Of a stretch of 64,000 nucleotides of DNA, positions 21,026 to 33,700 are shown piece after piece (the stretch's first letter is position 1; every line of letters starts with the position of its first letter). This DNA comes from an uncultured Bacteroidales bacterium (lineage in GTDB: Bacteria > Bacteroidota > Bacteroidia > Bacteroidales > WCHB1-69), in the NCBI GenBank assembly GCA_946624065.1, contig CAMORT010000004.1, positions 5,142 through 69,141 of the forward strand. The letters run 5' to 3'. The notes beneath the pieces are model-generated. The model ran no database searches, was not told the DNA's origin, and saw only the letters and a program-made list of their open reading frames with translations. The position numbers were made by a program, and so were the translations under genes.

Positions 21026-24000
21026 TTATTCAAATTTAACATCCAATCCCAAACCGCGGAGTTCGTTCACCAACACATTGAAGGATTCCGGAATACCGGC
21101 GTTCGGCATATTGTCACCCTTCACGATGGCTTCGTATGTCTTGGCACGACCCACCACATCGTCGGATTTGACTGTCAGAATCTCCTGCAACACATTGGCG
21201 GCACCGTAGGCCTCAATAGCCCACACCTCCATCTCACCGAAACGCTGACCACCGAATTGGGCTTTACCGCCTAACGGCTGTTGCGTAATCAGTGAGTAAG
21301 GTCCGATGGAACGGGCGTGCATCTTGTCGTCAACCATATGGTGCAGTTTCAAATAATAGATGTAACCCACTGTTGCCTTCTGATGGAACGGCTCGCCCGT
21401 CTCACCATCATACAACTGCGTGCTGCCATTCTCCGGAAGGCCGGCTTCTTTCATCAACTCATTGATCTGGTCAATGGAAGCGCCATCGAAAATCGGGGTA
21501 GCATACTTCACGCCCATTTTCTTGCCTGCCCAACCCAACACGGTCTCGTAAATCTGACCCAAGTTCATACGGGAAGGCACACCCAGCGGGTTCAACACCA
21601 CGTCAACCGGACGACCGTCCTCAAGGAACGGAAGATCCTCTTGGCGCACGATCTTGGCCACACAACCCTTGTTACCGTGACGACCGGCCATCTTGTCACC
21701 AATACGCAGTTTGCGCTTGTTGGCAATGTAAACCTTCGCCATTTGAACAACGCCTGCCGGCAATTCCGTACCGATAGTGGCATCAAACACCTCACGTGTC
21801 TTCTTCGCATTGAGTTCTCTGACCTTGATAAGGTAATTGCGGATAATCTCGGCAACCAAACTGTTGATCTTAGCATCGTTGGTCCATTTGGAAATGGCAA
21901 CGGATGTGAAATCAACTGTGTTCAGCATCTTCTGGGAGAACTTGGCACCCTTGGCAATCACGACATTCTTGGCATTGTCATGAATGTTATGGGCAATCTT
22001 GCCTTCCAGAATCTTGTACAGCTTGGATACTGCCACATCATGCAAGTGGTCGAACTGAGACTGGTATTTCTCCTCAATTTCAGTTACGATATCCTTATCT
22101 TTGGCTTTGGATTTTCTGTCTTTGATACGTCTGGACAAATCCTTCGCACCGATAACCACACCCTTCATGGATGGCGGCGCTTTCAGAGAGGCGTCTTTCA
22201 CATCGCCGGCCTTGTCGCCGAAAATGGCGCGGAGAAGCTTCTCCTCAGGACTGGGATAAGATTCACCTTTCGGGGTGATCTTACCAATCAGGATGTCACC
22301 TTCGTTCACCTCGGCGCCCACGCGGATAAGACCATTCTCCATCAAATCGCTGGTGGCCTCCGTGGAAACATTCGGAATGTCGTTGGTGAGTTCCTCGATA
22401 CCGCGCTTGGTATCGCGAACATCCATGGTGAAAGACTCAATATGTATAGAAGTGTACAAATCGTCCGTTACGGCCTTCTCGGAAATCACGACAGCATCCT
22501 CGAAGTTGTATCCCTTCCAAGGCATGAATGCCACCATCAGGTTGCGGCCAAGGGCCAACTCTCCGTTCTCGGTAGCATAACCTTCCGTCAGCACATCGCC
22601 CTTCTTCACTTTCTGACCTTTCGTCACAATCGGGCGCATGTTGATGCAGGAGTTCTGGTTGGTTCTTCTGAACTTCAGCAACTCATAGTTCTTGGCTGCC
22701 GGATCGAAGCTCACCAACTCTTCCGTTTCGGTGCGTTCATACTCAATTTCAATATGTTGCGCGTCAACTGACTTCACGACACCATTGCCTTCAGCAAGCA
22801 GTACGGCGCGGGAATCCACAGCCACTTTATGTTCAAGACCGGTACCGACGATGGGCGCTTCAGGACGCAACAAAGGCACTGCCTGACGCATCATGTTGGA
22901 ACCCATCAACGCACGGTTGGCGTCATCGTTCTCCAAGAACGGAATCAAAGAAGCGGCTATAGAGGCAATCTGGTTTGGAGCAATGTCTATCAAGTCGATA
23001 TCCTCTCTTGGCAATATAGGATAATCGGCAAGACGACGGGCTTTCACCTTCTCACCCAACATATCATTCTCGTCCATCGGCGTGTTCGCCTGGGCGATAC
23101 GCTTGTTGTCTTCCTCCTCAGCGGTGAGGAATACCGGCGGCTCGTTGAAGAGCACCTTGCCGTTCTCCACCCGACGGTACGGAGTCTCAATAAATCCAAG
23201 ATGATTGATCTTGGCGAAAACACACAAGGAGGAAATCAAACCGATGTTCGGGCCTTCAGGGGTCTCAATGGTACACAAACGGCCATAATGCGTGTAGTGT
23301 ACGTCACGCACCTCAAAACCGGCACGTTCACGCGACAGACCTCCAGGACCCAAAGCGGAAATACGACGCTTATGCGTAATCTCCGACAACGGGTTCGTTT
23401 GGTCCATAAACTGTGAAAGTTGATTCGTACCGAAGAAGGAGTTCACCACAGAAGACAATGTCTTGGAGTTGATCAAGTCAACGGGTGAGAACAACTCATG
23501 GTCACGAACATTCATCTTCTCACGGATGGTACGGGCCATGCGGTTAAGACCCAAACTGAATTGGTTGTATAATTGTTCTCCGACGGTACGCACGCGACGG
23601 TTGCTCAAGTGGTCGATATCATCCACATCCGTCTTGTTGTTGATCAACTCAACCAAATAACGGATAATGGAGATGATGTCCTCATTGGTCAACACACCCG
23701 TCTCCATCGGAATATTGAGATTCAATTTCTTATTGATACGGTAACGACCAACCTCCCCAAGGTCGTAACGCTTATCAGAGAAGAAAAGTTTGTCCAAAGT
23801 GGCACGTGCTGTCTCCTCATCAGGAGCAGTCGTGCTCTTCAACTGCAGATAGATATACTCAATAGCCTGTTTGCCAGAGTTTGTCGGGTCTTTCTGCAAA
23901 GTATTGAAAATCACGGAGTAGTCCGTGTTCTTCTCGTCTGTCTTATGGAAGAGTACGGTTTTGATATTAGCATCCGTAATCATTTGGATGTGCTGTTTCT

Positions 24001-24826
24001 CGAATATTGTCTCGCGGTCGATGATGACCTCGGTACGCTCGATATTCACCACCTCACCGGTCTCGTCGTCCACAAAATCCTCATACCAGGTTTTGGTGAC
24101 GGCTGCGGCAAATTTCTCTCCCAGATATTTCTTCAGGTTCGCTTTGGTGGCCTTGACCTCGTGAGCGATATCGAAAATGCTCAGGATGTCCTTGTCGGTC
24201 TCATAACCGATGGCGCGAAGCAAAGTGGTAACCGGTAATTTCTTTTTACGATCGATATACGCATACATCACGTTGTTGATATCGGTCGTGAACTCCATCC
24301 AGGAACCCTTGAACGGGATGATACGGGCGGAGTAAAGCGGTGTTCCGTTGGTGTGGTAAGAGAAACCGAAGAAGACGCCCGGGGAACGGTGCAATTGGGA
24401 AACCACCACACGCTCGGCGCCATTGATGATGAACGTGCCGCTCGGTGTCATGTAAGGGATCATGCCCAAATAAACATCTTGGATGATGGTTTCAAAATCC
24501 TCGTGTTCGACGTCATTGCAGGAAAGCTTCAGTTTGGCTTTCAAGGGAACACTGTATGTCAAACCTCTTTCAAGGCATTCGTCCATCGTATAGCGGGGAG
24601 CGTCGATATAATAATCGAGGAATTCGAGGACGAAACTGTTTCTCGCATCGGTGATCGGGAAGTTTTCGGCGAATGCGCGGTAAAGGCCTTCATTGTGGCG
24701 GCACTCGGCGTCGGTGTCGATTTGGAAAAACTCCCGGAAAGATTTCAGCTGAATGTCCAAAAAGTCAGGATATTCAACCGGTCTTGTTGATGCGAAACTA
24801 ATTCTTTTGTTGTTATTCGTTGCCAA
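21026..24826 (-). CDS. rpoB: DNA-directed RNA polymerase subunit beta
   Basis: The ORF is 1266 aa and carries conserved blocks [39 protein letters not shown] and [12 protein letters not shown]. Confidence 0.98.
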   Translation of the reverse strand: MATNNNKRISFASTRPVEYPDFLDIQLKSFREFFQIDTDAECRHNEGLYRAFAENFPITDARNSFVLEFLDYYIDAPRYTMDECLERGLTYSVPLKAKLKLSCNDVEHEDFETIIQDVYLGMIPYMTPSGTFIINGAERVVVSQLHRSPGVFFGFSYHTNGTPLYSARIIPFKGSWMEFTTDINNVMYAYIDRKKKLPVTTLLRAIGYETDKDILSIFDIAHEVKATKANLKKYLGEKFAAAVTKTWYEDFVDDETGEVVNIERTEVIIDRETIFEKQHIQMITDANIKTVLFHKTDEKNTDYSVIFNTLQKDPTNSGKQAIEYIYLQLKSTTAPDEETARATLDKLFFSDKRYDLGEVGRYRINKKLNLNIPMETGVLTNEDIISIIRYLVELINNKTDVDDIDHLSNRRVRTVGEQLYNQFSLGLNRMARTIREKMNVRDHELFSPVDLINSKTLSSVVNSFFGTNQLSQFMDQTNPLSEITHKRRISALGPGGLSRERAGFEVRDVHYTHYGRLCTIETPEGPNIGLISSLCVFAKINHLGFIETPYRRVENGKVLFNEPPVFLTAEEEDNKRIAQANTPMDENDMLGEKVKARRLADYPILPREDIDLIDIAPNQIASIAASLIPFLENDDANRALMGSNMMRQAVPLLRPEAPIVGTGLEHKVAVDSRAVLLAEGNGVVKSVDAQHIEIEYERTETEELVSFDPAAKNYELLKFRRTNQNSCINMRPIVTKGQKVKKGDVLTEGYATENGELALGRNLMVAFMPWKGYNFEDAVVISEKAVTDDLYTSIHIESFTMDVRDTKRGIEELTNDIPNVSTEATSDLMENGLIRVGAEVNEGDILIGKITPKGESYPSPEEKLLRAIFGDKAGDVKDASLKAPPSMKGVVIGAKDLSRRIKDRKSKAKDKDIVTEIEEKYQSQFDHLHDVAVSKLYKILEGKIAHNIHDNAKNVVIAKGAKFSQKMLNTVDFTSVAISKWTNDAKINSLVAEIIRNYLIKVRELNAKKTREVFDATIGTELPAGVVQMAKVYIANKRKLRIGDKMAGRHGNKGCVAKIVRQEDLPFLEDGRPVDVVLNPLGVPSRMNLGQIYETVLGWAGKKMGVKYATPIFDGASIDQINELMKEAGLPENGSTQLYDGETGEPFHQKATVGYIYYLKLHHMVDDKMHARSIGPYSLITQQPLGGKAQFGGQRFGEMEVWAIEAYGAANVLQEILTVKSDDVVGRAKTYEAIVKGDNMPNAGIPESFNVLVNELRGLGLDVKFE

Positions 24827-24897
24827 GACTTTTGAATTTGAATGTTAATACTGATTTTAAGGGGAATACCAATCAGTGGGTATTATAGACAACAATA

Positions 24898-24933
24898 AGT
24901 ACAATACTTCCACCGAAGTGGAAGTGTTGTACT
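24898..24933 (-). terminator. Strong hairpin between rplL and rpoB, probably a partial terminator or attenuator
   Basis: On the minus strand, AGTACAACACTTCCAC-TTCG-GTGGAAGTATTGTACT forms a 16-bp stem with one G-U pair, followed by TATTGTTG. The rplL-rpoB position is the classical attenuation site. Confidence 0.6.
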
Positions 24934-24955
24934 ATTGATGGGGGTTATGTTGAAA

Positions 24956-25336
24956 TTAGTTGAGTTCGACCTCAGCGCCAACTTCTTCGAGGGCTTTCTT
25001 CAAAGACTCAGCTTCGTCTTTGGAAACGCCTTCCTTAACGGCCTTGGGAGCACCGTCAACGAGTTCCTTAGCCTCTTTCAGACCAAGGCTGGTGAGTTCC
25101 TTCACTAATTTAACAACTTGTAATTTCTGAGCACCAGCGGATTTCAGGATTACATTGAATTCGGTTTTCTCTTCAGCGGCGGCTGCACCAGCGCCAGCTG
25201 CGGGACCTGCTGCTACTGCAACTGCGGCGGCTGCGGGCTCAATACCGTATTCTTCTTTCAAAATTTGAGCTAACTCGTTAACTTCTTTAACAGTCAAGTT
25301 CACTAATTGTTCTGCAAATGCTTTCAAATCTGCCAT
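24956..25336 (-). CDS. rplL: 50S ribosomal protein L7/L12
   Basis: The 126-aa ORF has an Ala-rich hinge and the C-terminal [35 protein letters not shown]. Confidence 0.97.
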   Translation of the reverse strand: MADLKAFAEQLVNLTVKEVNELAQILKEEYGIEPAAAAVAVAAGPAAGAGAAAAEEKTEFNVILKSAGAQKLQVVKLVKELTSLGLKEAKELVDGAPKAVKEGVSKDEAESLKKALEEVGAEVELN

Positions 25337-25392
25337 AATTTTATTTTTTTAAATGTTTTTACTAAATGAATTGTTTTTTAAAAATTTGATTT

Positions 25393-25911
25393 TTATTGTC
25401 TTTCGGATAATGTTTTAACAATACCGGCCAACTTGCCACCACCAGACTGGAGTGCGGAAACCACATTCTTAGCAGGTGATTGCAACAAAGCGACGATATC
25501 GCCAATCAATTCTTCGCGAGACTTGATATTGCACAGAGCTTCCAACTGGTCGTCTCCGATGTAAGCGGTTTCCTCAATGAAGGCAGCCTTGATCAGGGGT
25601 TTGTCATTCTTGGCACGAAATTCCTTGATCAGACGTGCGGGCACATTGCCCGTATTGCACAACATGATGGAAGTGGCTCCGTTCAACACCGGATAGATTT
25701 CGGAATAGTCCGCTTCGGCCTGGTCCATGGCGCGTTTCAGAAGGGTGTTCTTCACCACTTTCAATTTCACGTCGCGCTTGAAACAGAGTCTGCGCAACTG
25801 GTTGACTGTACTAACCGTGAAACCGGAAATATCGGTTACATATACATGGGAATAGTTAGCCAAGTCCTGTGCTATTTCTTCTATAATTTGAGCTTTTTGT
25901 TCTTGTTTCAT
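25393..25911 (-). CDS. rplJ: 50S ribosomal protein L10
   Basis: The 172-aa ORF sits between rplA and rplL and contains VSTVNQLRRLCFKRDVKLKVVKNTLLKRA. Confidence 0.95.
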   Translation of the reverse strand: MKQEQKAQIIEEIAQDLANYSHVYVTDISGFTVSTVNQLRRLCFKRDVKLKVVKNTLLKRAMDQAEADYSEIYPVLNGATSIMLCNTGNVPARLIKEFRAKNDKPLIKAAFIEETAYIGDDQLEALCNIKSREELIGDIVALLQSPAKNVVSALQSGGGKLAGIVKTLSERQ

Positions 25912-25931
25912 ACTACTAACTAATCTTTAAA

Positions 25932-26627
25932 TTATAATGTAACGGATTTGGGATCCACCTGCACACCAGGACTCATGGTCGTGGAGAGGTAGATGCTCTT
26001 GATGTACGTACCTTTGGCGGATGTCGGTTTCAATTTGATGACAGTGCTGAGCATTTCGCGAGCGTTGTCGGTCAATTGGTCCACAGAAAAACGATTCTTT
26101 CCAATGGAAGTGTGGATGATACCGTATTTGTCCACCTTGAAGTCGATCTTACCGGCTTTCACTTCGGAGACGGCCTTGCCGACCTCCATCGTTACCGTAC
26201 CGGACTTGGGGTTCGGCATCAAACCACGGGGACCCAATATTCTACCGAGAGCACCGATCTTCGGCATCACGCTCGGCATGGTGATGATAACGTCAACATC
26301 CGTCCAGCCTTGCTTGATCTTGTCAACGTATTCATCCAAACCAACATAATCAGCTCCCGCAGCCTTTGCCTCTTCTTCTTTGTCTGGAGTGCAGAGTACG
26401 AGCACGCGGATAACCTTGCCAGTTCCGTGAGGCAACGTCACAATACCGCGAACCATCTGATTGGCCTTACGAGGGTCAACGCCCAAACGCACGTCAATGT
26501 CAAATGATGCGTCAAATTTGGTATATGTGAGGTCTTTCACCACCTGGATAGCTTCCGGTAAAGCGTAAACTTTACTCTTATCAAATTTAGCAAAAACTTC
26601 TTTGCGCTTTTTTGATATTTTAGCCAT
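25932..26627 (-). CDS. rplA: 50S ribosomal protein L1
   Basis: The 231-aa ORF contains [33 protein letters not shown]. Confidence 0.97.
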   Translation of the reverse strand: MAKISKKRKEVFAKFDKSKVYALPEAIQVVKDLTYTKFDASFDIDVRLGVDPRKANQMVRGIVTLPHGTGKVIRVLVLCTPDKEEEAKAAGADYVGLDEYVDKIKQGWTDVDVIITMPSVMPKIGALGRILGPRGLMPNPKSGTVTMEVGKAVSEVKAGKIDFKVDKYGIIHTSIGKNRFSVDQLTDNAREMLSTVIKLKPTSAKGTYIKSIYLSTTMSPGVQVDPKSVTL

Positions 26628-26649
26628 GTGATTTGTTTTTTACTTGTTA

Positions 26650-27099
26650 TTAATTTTTCTCAAAAGGATTCTGGCCACCTTTTACGGTAACGCCCAAACT
26701 GCGCGCTGTACCGGCCACCATAGACATAGCGGACTCAACCTCGAAACAGTTCAAGTCGTTCATCTTGGTCTCGGCAATGGTACGCACCTGATCCCATGTG
26801 ATGGAACCCACTTTGGAGCGGTTAGGTTCACCGGAACCTTTTTGAAGTTTGGCTGCTTCCTTAATCTGTACAGCAACCGGAGGCGTCTTCGTGATGAAGT
26901 CAAAGGACTTGTCCTTGTAAACCGTAATCACAACAGGGATGATTTTGCCAGCCATTTCCTGCGTACGCGCATTGAACTGCTTGCAAAAGTCCATGATGTT
27001 CACACCCTTCGAACCCAAAGCGGGACCTACTGGGGGTGCTGGATTGGCGGCTCCTCCTTTAATTTGTAACTTAATTAATCCAGCTACTTCTTTTGCCAT
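26650..27099 (-). CDS. rplK: 50S ribosomal protein L11
   Basis: The 149-aa ORF begins [43 protein letters not shown]. Confidence 0.97.
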   Translation of the reverse strand: MAKEVAGLIKLQIKGGAANPAPPVGPALGSKGVNIMDFCKQFNARTQEMAGKIIPVVITVYKDKSFDFITKTPPVAVQIKEAAKLQKGSGEPNRSKVGSITWDQVRTIAETKMNDLNCFEVESAMSMVAGTARSLGVTVKGGQNPFEKN

Positions 27100-27138
27100 T
27101 TTTTTTAATTGATTTAATTGTTTGTAACTATAGCGGCG

Positions 27139-27693
27139 TTATATTTTTTCAACTTGCATAAAACCCAACTCAAGCGGGGTCTTACGGCCGAAGATTTTCA
27201 CCATAATCTTCAACTTCTTCTTCTCCGTGTCTATCTCCTCGATAAACCCGTTGAATGTGTTGAAAGGCCCGTCAATAACCTTAATCTCCTCCCCAACTGT
27301 GAACGGCTGGATGAATGAATCGTCTTGAGTCATCAACTCATCAACCTTGCCCAACAACCGGGAGACTTCCGCCGGACGCAACGGTGTGGGAATATCGCTC
27401 TTGTGCTTGCAACCGACAAAGCCCAACACACCAGGAATGTCCAAAATCATGCTGAAAACCTCTTCCATCTTCGCCACCTCTATGAAGATGTAGCTCGGAA
27501 AATAGTTCTTCTCAGTCACGACCTTCTTTCCACTCTTGGTGATGTGGTGCACTTTTTCCGTCGGAATCAACACCTTCGACACGTAGTCCTTCAAATGGGA
27601 AAGCTCAACCTCGGTCTCGATGTTTTGCTTCACCTTCTTCTCAGTACCCGTGACCGCTTTAATCACATACCATTTACGTTCAACTTCTGCCAT
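27139..27693 (-). CDS. nusG: Transcription termination/antitermination factor NusG
   Basis: The ORF is 184 aa. The NGN domain reads KWYVIKAVTGTEKKVKQNIE and the KOW motif reads FTVGEEIKVIDGPFNTFNGFIEEI. It lies in secE-nusG-rplK synteny. Confidence 0.95.
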   Translation of the reverse strand: MAEVERKWYVIKAVTGTEKKVKQNIETEVELSHLKDYVSKVLIPTEKVHHITKSGKKVVTEKNYFPSYIFIEVAKMEEVFSMILDIPGVLGFVGCKHKSDIPTPLRPAEVSRLLGKVDELMTQDDSFIQPFTVGEEIKVIDGPFNTFNGFIEEIDTEKKKLKIMVKIFGRKTPLELGFMQVEKI

Positions 27694-27733
27694 GATTCGC
27701 TATTTAGGATATAACAACCACTGATAAAGAAAA

Positions 27734-27922
27734 CTACATAGCCGGGAACACCAAATCCATTCCCAAGTTGAAGATAGCATCCATCAGAAACACGATTAAC
27801 GCGATTACAAGGGAAGCAATAGACACTACCACAACACTATTTCCAAGTTCTTGCATGGTGGGCCAACTCGTCTTGTGAGCCAACTCATCATACACCTCTT
27901 TAAAATAATTAACTATTTTCAT
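27734..27922 (-). CDS. secE: Preprotein translocase subunit SecE
   Basis: The 62-aa ORF has a single TM helix, VVVVSIASLVIALIVFLMDAIF, after ELAHKTSWPTMQEL. It is immediately upstream of nusG. Confidence 0.85.
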   Translation of the reverse strand: MKIVNYFKEVYDELAHKTSWPTMQELGNSVVVVSIASLVIALIVFLMDAIFNLGMDLVFPAM

Positions 27923-28188
27923 TTCCTTATATTTTTTCTGTTTATATTCGTATTTAGAAACTTTTCTCTCTCTTTTTGCATTTGCCCTATCCCCACACTA
28001 ACAACCCTATGTTAAAAAATACGGTAGATAATACATTGATAATCAGTTTTATATCAAGTCGTCATAAACATTCCATCCCTGCTATTCGCCGATTTTCTAA
28101 CAAGTTGGCAAATATAGTATTTTTTTTATTACAACAGCTTGAATATCAAAAAAAAATATTTTTTGGCATTATTTTTGTTCCCTTAACC

Positions 28189-28851
28189 TTAAACCTTCAA
28201 CCGAAGATAGGAGATCGTCCTGCCCTCCGCCAACCACATTTTCTCGTAAAAGGTCTGAACCTCAGTGAGTAACGGATTCGAAGACTGGGCATACACATCC
28301 TCCACATCCTCCAACACTCCCCACTGCTCAATCGGAGCGGTCTCTCGCACATATCCATACAATTCCCGGCTGTCCGTCTTGAGGTTCAACACACCACCTC
28401 CCTCCGGCAACACCTCACGGTAAAAACCGACAAAGCGCGGCGACACCAAACGGCGACGCTCACTCTTGGGCTGCGGATCAGGGAACGTGACCCATATCTC
28501 ACTAACCTCGCCCTTCGCAAAATAATACCCGATATTGTCGATGTTTATACGGAGAAAAGCCACATTCTTCATTTCCCCTTCAATCGCATCCTTGCACCCG
28601 CGCCACAACCGCGCACCTTTCCGGTCAATACCTATGAAATTGCGCTCCGGATAACGCTTCGCCAAGGCTATGGTATAGTCACCCTTCCCACAACCAAGCT
28701 CGACCGTGATGGGATTGCTGTTGTGAAAATATTCCTCACCCCAATGCCCCTTCAACGGGAACGGGATGTTCTGACGGTCATAACTGGTATGCTGGAAAAG
28801 ATTCCCAAATGTCTCGTTTTCAGCAAATCTTCTAAGTTTGTGTTTAGCCAT
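28189..28851 (-). CDS. trmB: tRNA (guanine-N7)-methyltransferase
   Basis: The ORF is 220 aa. The SAM motif is VELGCGKGDYTIALAKRYPERNFIGID, followed by FPDPQPKSERRRL. Confidence 0.9.
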   Translation of the reverse strand: MAKHKLRRFAENETFGNLFQHTSYDRQNIPFPLKGHWGEEYFHNSNPITVELGCGKGDYTIALAKRYPERNFIGIDRKGARLWRGCKDAIEGEMKNVAFLRINIDNIGYYFAKGEVSEIWVTFPDPQPKSERRRLVSPRFVGFYREVLPEGGGVLNLKTDSRELYGYVRETAPIEQWGVLEDVEDVYAQSSNPLLTEVQTFYEKMWLAEGRTISYLRLKV

Positions 28852-30641
28852 TATTGCTGTATTTGAATTAGTTTGTAATAATATCCTTTTTTATTCATCA
28901 ATTGCTCATGTTTTCCTTGCTCAACAATATTTCCTTTATCCAAAACCACAATGTTATCGGCATTCTGAACAGTTGACAAACGGTGCGCGATAACCAGGAC
29001 GGTACGGTTCCGCATAATGTTCCTCAACGCAACCTGAACCGCCTGCTCGGACTCCGTGTCCATAGCCGATGTCGCCTCGTCCAGAATCAGGATTGGTGTG
29101 TTGCGCAAAACCGCACGGGCAATACTGATTCGCTGGCGCTGGCCACCCGACAACATCATGCCCCTATCCCCTATCGAATAATTGAAACCATCGGGCAAGG
29201 TTTGTATGAAATCGTAGATGTTCGCAACCTTGGACGCCTCTATCACATCCTCCATACTCACATTCTTCATGCCCATCACAATATTATTATATATGGAATC
29301 ATGAAAAAGCACTATATCCTGCGAAACCAAAGAGAAAAGATTGCGATACTGGGCGATGGAAAATTGACGGATATCCGTGCCATCCAGCAGAACAGCTCCG
29401 CTAACAGGATCATAAAAACGCTCCAACAGGTCCGCAATAGTAGTCTTTCCAGCGCCAGACTGCCCAATCAATGCTGTCGTTTCTCCTTTTTTTAGCGTAA
29501 AGGATATGCGCGAAAGGACCGGATTCCCATCATAGTCAAACGACAAATCCTTAAAATCAATTTGCTTATTGAGCGCAGTGATAGGAACAGGATTTTCAGG
29601 TTCCAAAATCGTGTCTTCAACAGAAAGTATCTCATCCAAACGGTCTAAAGCCGACTGTCCGCGCTTGTAATTTGCTATAGCCGTGGATATGTTTTTTACA
29701 GGATTGATCAACTGGGAGAACAGCGCTATATAGGTGATGAACATTCCGGCAGATAGGGTCGAGGCAGGTGACAAAACCATAATTCCTCCAATAACCAGCA
29801 CAATCATCACTACGGTAACGCCCAAAAACTCACTAAACGGAGACGCCAAATCTGTCTTGCGATAAATAATGGTCTGTTTATCGGAATATTGCTGATTTAA
29901 ACGGTTAAATACCGATAGGGCGTTTCGCTGAGCATTAAAACCCTTAATAATGCGCAAGCCTGACAGCGTCTCCTCCACATGTGAGAGCAACGAACCCAAT
30001 CGCTGCTTGGAAGTTTTCGCATCCTTACGCAAAGACTTGGAGATTCTCCCGATAATCACAAAAGTAATAGGGAGCAGTAAAATGGAGTATAAGGAAAGAC
30101 GGACACTGATACAAAACAGCACCACAATATAGAAGACCGAAGTTATGGGCTCCACCAAAAATGTCCTGATAGCACTGAGTATGGTAAACTCAATCTCATG
30201 GGTGTCATTAACCGCCCTGGAAACCACATCGCCACGCCGTTGGTGTGTAAAATAACCAAGTGGGAGGTGGAGAATCTTGTCATATAACTTATTGCGTAAA
30301 GAATAAATGAGATCACTACGCACAGAGGCCATCACCCATTGTGAAGCGTAAAAGAACAGATTCTTGAACAGATACAAGACGATGGCAAGTGTGATCAGTC
30401 CGAATATGGAATGTCCGATAGTATCAAGCGATATGAAATGACTAAGGAAGGAAACGAACAAGCCGGATATCGGATTCAATTTTCCAAGATGACCTTGAAA
30501 AAGCAACTGACAAAACGGTTCAATCATCATAAAGACTGAAACCGTTAGCAGCACAGATAAAATATTGAAAAAAAACACCAACAACAGGCGAAGACTATAG
30601 CGCCTTGCCAAGGAAAAAAGGAAGTTGGTGTTTTTTTTCAT
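28851..30641 (-). CDS. ABC exporter, fused permease and ATPase (MsbA-like)
   Basis: The ORF is 596 aa with six predicted TM helices in the N-terminal half. Walker A is GQSGAGKTT, the signature is LSGGQRQRISIARA and Walker B is ILILDEATSAMD. Its stop shares 1 nt with the trmB start (TAATG). Confidence 0.9.
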   Translation of the reverse strand: MKKNTNFLFSLARRYSLRLLLVFFFNILSVLLTVSVFMMIEPFCQLLFQGHLGKLNPISGLFVSFLSHFISLDTIGHSIFGLITLAIVLYLFKNLFFYASQWVMASVRSDLIYSLRNKLYDKILHLPLGYFTHQRRGDVVSRAVNDTHEIEFTILSAIRTFLVEPITSVFYIVVLFCISVRLSLYSILLLPITFVIIGRISKSLRKDAKTSKQRLGSLLSHVEETLSGLRIIKGFNAQRNALSVFNRLNQQYSDKQTIIYRKTDLASPFSEFLGVTVVMIVLVIGGIMVLSPASTLSAGMFITYIALFSQLINPVKNISTAIANYKRGQSALDRLDEILSVEDTILEPENPVPITALNKQIDFKDLSFDYDGNPVLSRISFTLKKGETTALIGQSGAGKTTIADLLERFYDPVSGAVLLDGTDIRQFSIAQYRNLFSLVSQDIVLFHDSIYNNIVMGMKNVSMEDVIEASKVANIYDFIQTLPDGFNYSIGDRGMMLSGGQRQRISIARAVLRNTPILILDEATSAMDTESEQAVQVALRNIMRNRTVLVIAHRLSTVQNADNIVVLDKGNIVEQGKHEQLMNKKGYYYKLIQIQQ

Positions 30642-30651
30642 GAATCAGTAA

Positions 30652-30686
30652 TAAAAAAGGGAGTTGTGAAGTAAGGCACAACTCCC
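30652..30686 (-). terminator. Rho-independent terminator after the giant adhesin gene
   Basis: On the minus strand, GGGAGTTGTG-CCTTACTT-CACAACTCCC (10-bp perfect stem, 30659-30686) is followed by TTTTTTAT. Confidence 0.7.
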
Positions 30687-30709
30687 TTAAGTATGATAAT
30701 AACTATTGA

Positions 30710-33700
30710 TTATTTAGTAATGACGAGTTTGCGTGAAATAACAGCATCGTCGCTTACAATTTGCAGTACATACACACCAGGTGTGAACTCAGAGACATCG
30801 AAGTGCTCAACAACAGACTTGCTAGCAATATTGATGGACTTCTGAGCAACGGTCTTACCGGTGAGGGTCGTAATCTTAACGACTGCATTGCCACTCATAC
30901 CTTCGATACGAACGTTAACCTTGTCGGTTGTCGGGTTCGGGTAGAGTTTCACAGTGGGTTCGTCAGAGATATTGAGAACCTCAGGAATTTCAGGAGCCTC
31001 AGTATTGTCATAAGCAGGACCATCATCAACATGGATGGTGAACACATCAGAAGTCAGGAGAGTAGCACCAACATAGTTGTGACCACCAATCTTTTGGGTT
31101 ACACCACCATCTTTATAGTAGTAGTTGATTTCGGAACCATCAGTAGCATACAACTCATAATGGATCTCATAATCACCAGTCTGCAGGAACTGAGCCATCG
31201 TGTTGGTGAAGAATCTGGAGGATACGAAGTGCAGATACAACCAGTCGAAGTCATAAGCGGCACCACTGAGGTTAGAATGCGGATAGTGGTTAACCATAGT
31301 GGTATAGAACGCGTAATCCGTACGAGTGGATGTACCGTCTCCACTGGTGAATTCAACATACTGGTTAGTATTCCAAGAATGGTCAACACCATTAATAGTA
31401 GTGGTAGGTGTAGTGAGGTACTGACTGATTTCGGAAGCCGGAATCAGAACACCGTCATGATAGATGTAGAAGTTCACAAACACCTTGGTATCCATATCAG
31501 TGTAGCACTTGGTATCAACCGTCCACTTGTAAGCAGTGGTCGAGTTGTTGATAGAAGAATTGATGTCGTGGGTTACAGTACCAGCCATATCGGTGAAGAT
31601 GAAGGCAGGTTTGGAAGTAACCTTAACGGTAATCACATCGGAAGCGATGGTGTCAGGTGACACATTGATTCTGTTTTGAGAAATACAACCATATTTATCC
31701 GTTTCAACAACATAGAATGTCATCACAGTGTCAACAATGCCGGCAGGCAAAGTAGCAGTAGCTGTAGTGGCGACAGTAGCATTGTCAGAACCGAACCACT
31801 CATAAGTGGAAGTAGAATTCTCATTAGCAACACTCAAAGTGAAGGTGTTAGCAGGATCGGCACAAACGGTGGTATCCTTCAGCATCTCGGGAACAGGAAG
31901 TTCACGGATAACAGCAGGCACGCTGTACTCAACGCTACCACAATCGTTGGAAACAACCAACTTAACATCTTTACCATCGAAGGAAGCATGGTCGTATGCG
32001 GTGGTGAAGTCCATAGCAACGCCATCGATAGTCCAGGTCAAGGTAACCGCACCATCAGTATTGGCAATAATGTCATAAGTGTTATCATCACCAACAGTCA
32101 GACCAGGATCCGTGAACGGAGTGCCTTCGCAAACGGTGAAGTTAGCAGTTGTGAACGGAGTAGAGTTAGCGAACTCAGGAGCCTTATCGAATGCGAGAGC
32201 AACAACATTGGAAGTGTCTCTGAAGCATTCAGTCACAACAACGCAAACAACTGAAGTAGGATCAGCAATAGCGGTGGTCGGTTCAATAGCAGTGTAGTTA
32301 GCACCTTCTTTCTTCAACCAGAGAGTATCAACTGCAACAGTAGCGTCTGTAGCCAAAGTAACAGTAGGCTCACCAATCAGGAAGTCGCTGAACGGGTTAT
32401 TAGCACAAGTGTCGCGGAACATAGAAGGATCAATAACCACAGTGGCATGACCGGCAACCTTCAATTGGAAGGTATCAGAAGTAGTGGTACCGCAATTGTT
32501 GGTAGCTGAATAGTAAATGTAGTGGTCATGATCGGCAATTGTTGCTTTAGGAGCGGCTGTCCAAGCAGTGTAATAACCAAGCATAGCAGTGGATGTGCTG
32601 ATTTCGTAACCTTGAGAGGTAATAGCTGAACCATTGTCAACAACAGTGTAGGTAGAAGAGATATCATCACCGTCGCAAACCACATCAGGTGCAGTAAGCG
32701 TTACAACAGGTTTTTCAGTAACCGTAATGGTAATAGTCTCGGTCTTGTCGTAAGCAGGACAATCTGTTGAAACAGTGGAGACAGTACCTGTCAAGGAGTA
32801 CGGGAATGTTTCAGTAGAAGGAATGCTAACCGTACCGGAAATAGTATTACCGGAAACAGTCAGACCAGCATTTGTAAGCTCAGTAGAGAGTGCAAGCGGT
32901 TTGTTAGTGGTCATAACAATATTCGCAATAGCGCTATTGTTACATACTGTCTGAGTAGCATTAGCAGGAGCAGTGAGCTTAGCGGTGTCATTAACTGTAA
33001 TAGTCACAACATTAGAGTAAACAGTACCACAAGCATTCTCAACCATGTAACGAAGGTCAGCTCCGTCATGAGCATGTGTCATTGGAGTTGTAGGATCGAA
33101 AGCGGAGAAAGCGGTTTCACCTGTTTTCTTAACTTCCCAACCTTGAGCGTGAATGTTGCTGTTACCATTATCGGTTATAGTCGGAGCGGTCAAAGCAAGG
33201 ACTTCACCTTCGCAAACTGCAGCAGGAGCTGCGATTGCTGCAATAGTAGCGGGCTCGCTTACTACGAACGGGATAGTAATGCTCTTAGGAGCACCACAAA
33301 GATCAGTAGATGTTATGGTAACGGTGACATTCTCAGCAGCAACACCTGTAAGTGTTAACGAAGCACCAGGAGCAACATGCTCATCACCAGATTTGGTGAA
33401 GGTAATTGCACCAGCAGGAGTTACAGTGTATGACAGCACGTTGGTCGGGTTCACTAAAATATCAGTAATAGCAAATGTGGAGCCAACACATAATGTATCA
33501 TCAGAAGAAATGGTATGAGCTACAAAAAGATCAGCAGTGTCATTAACGGTGAGTATTGCAGGATCAGACACAGTCTCACCACAGAAGTTCTCAACATAAT
33601 AAGTAAGTTGAGCACCATTCATAGCGGTTGTCATATGAGTAACTGTAAGATCAACATCTGAACCTCCAATTCTCCAACCTTGTTTTCTGATAATACCATT

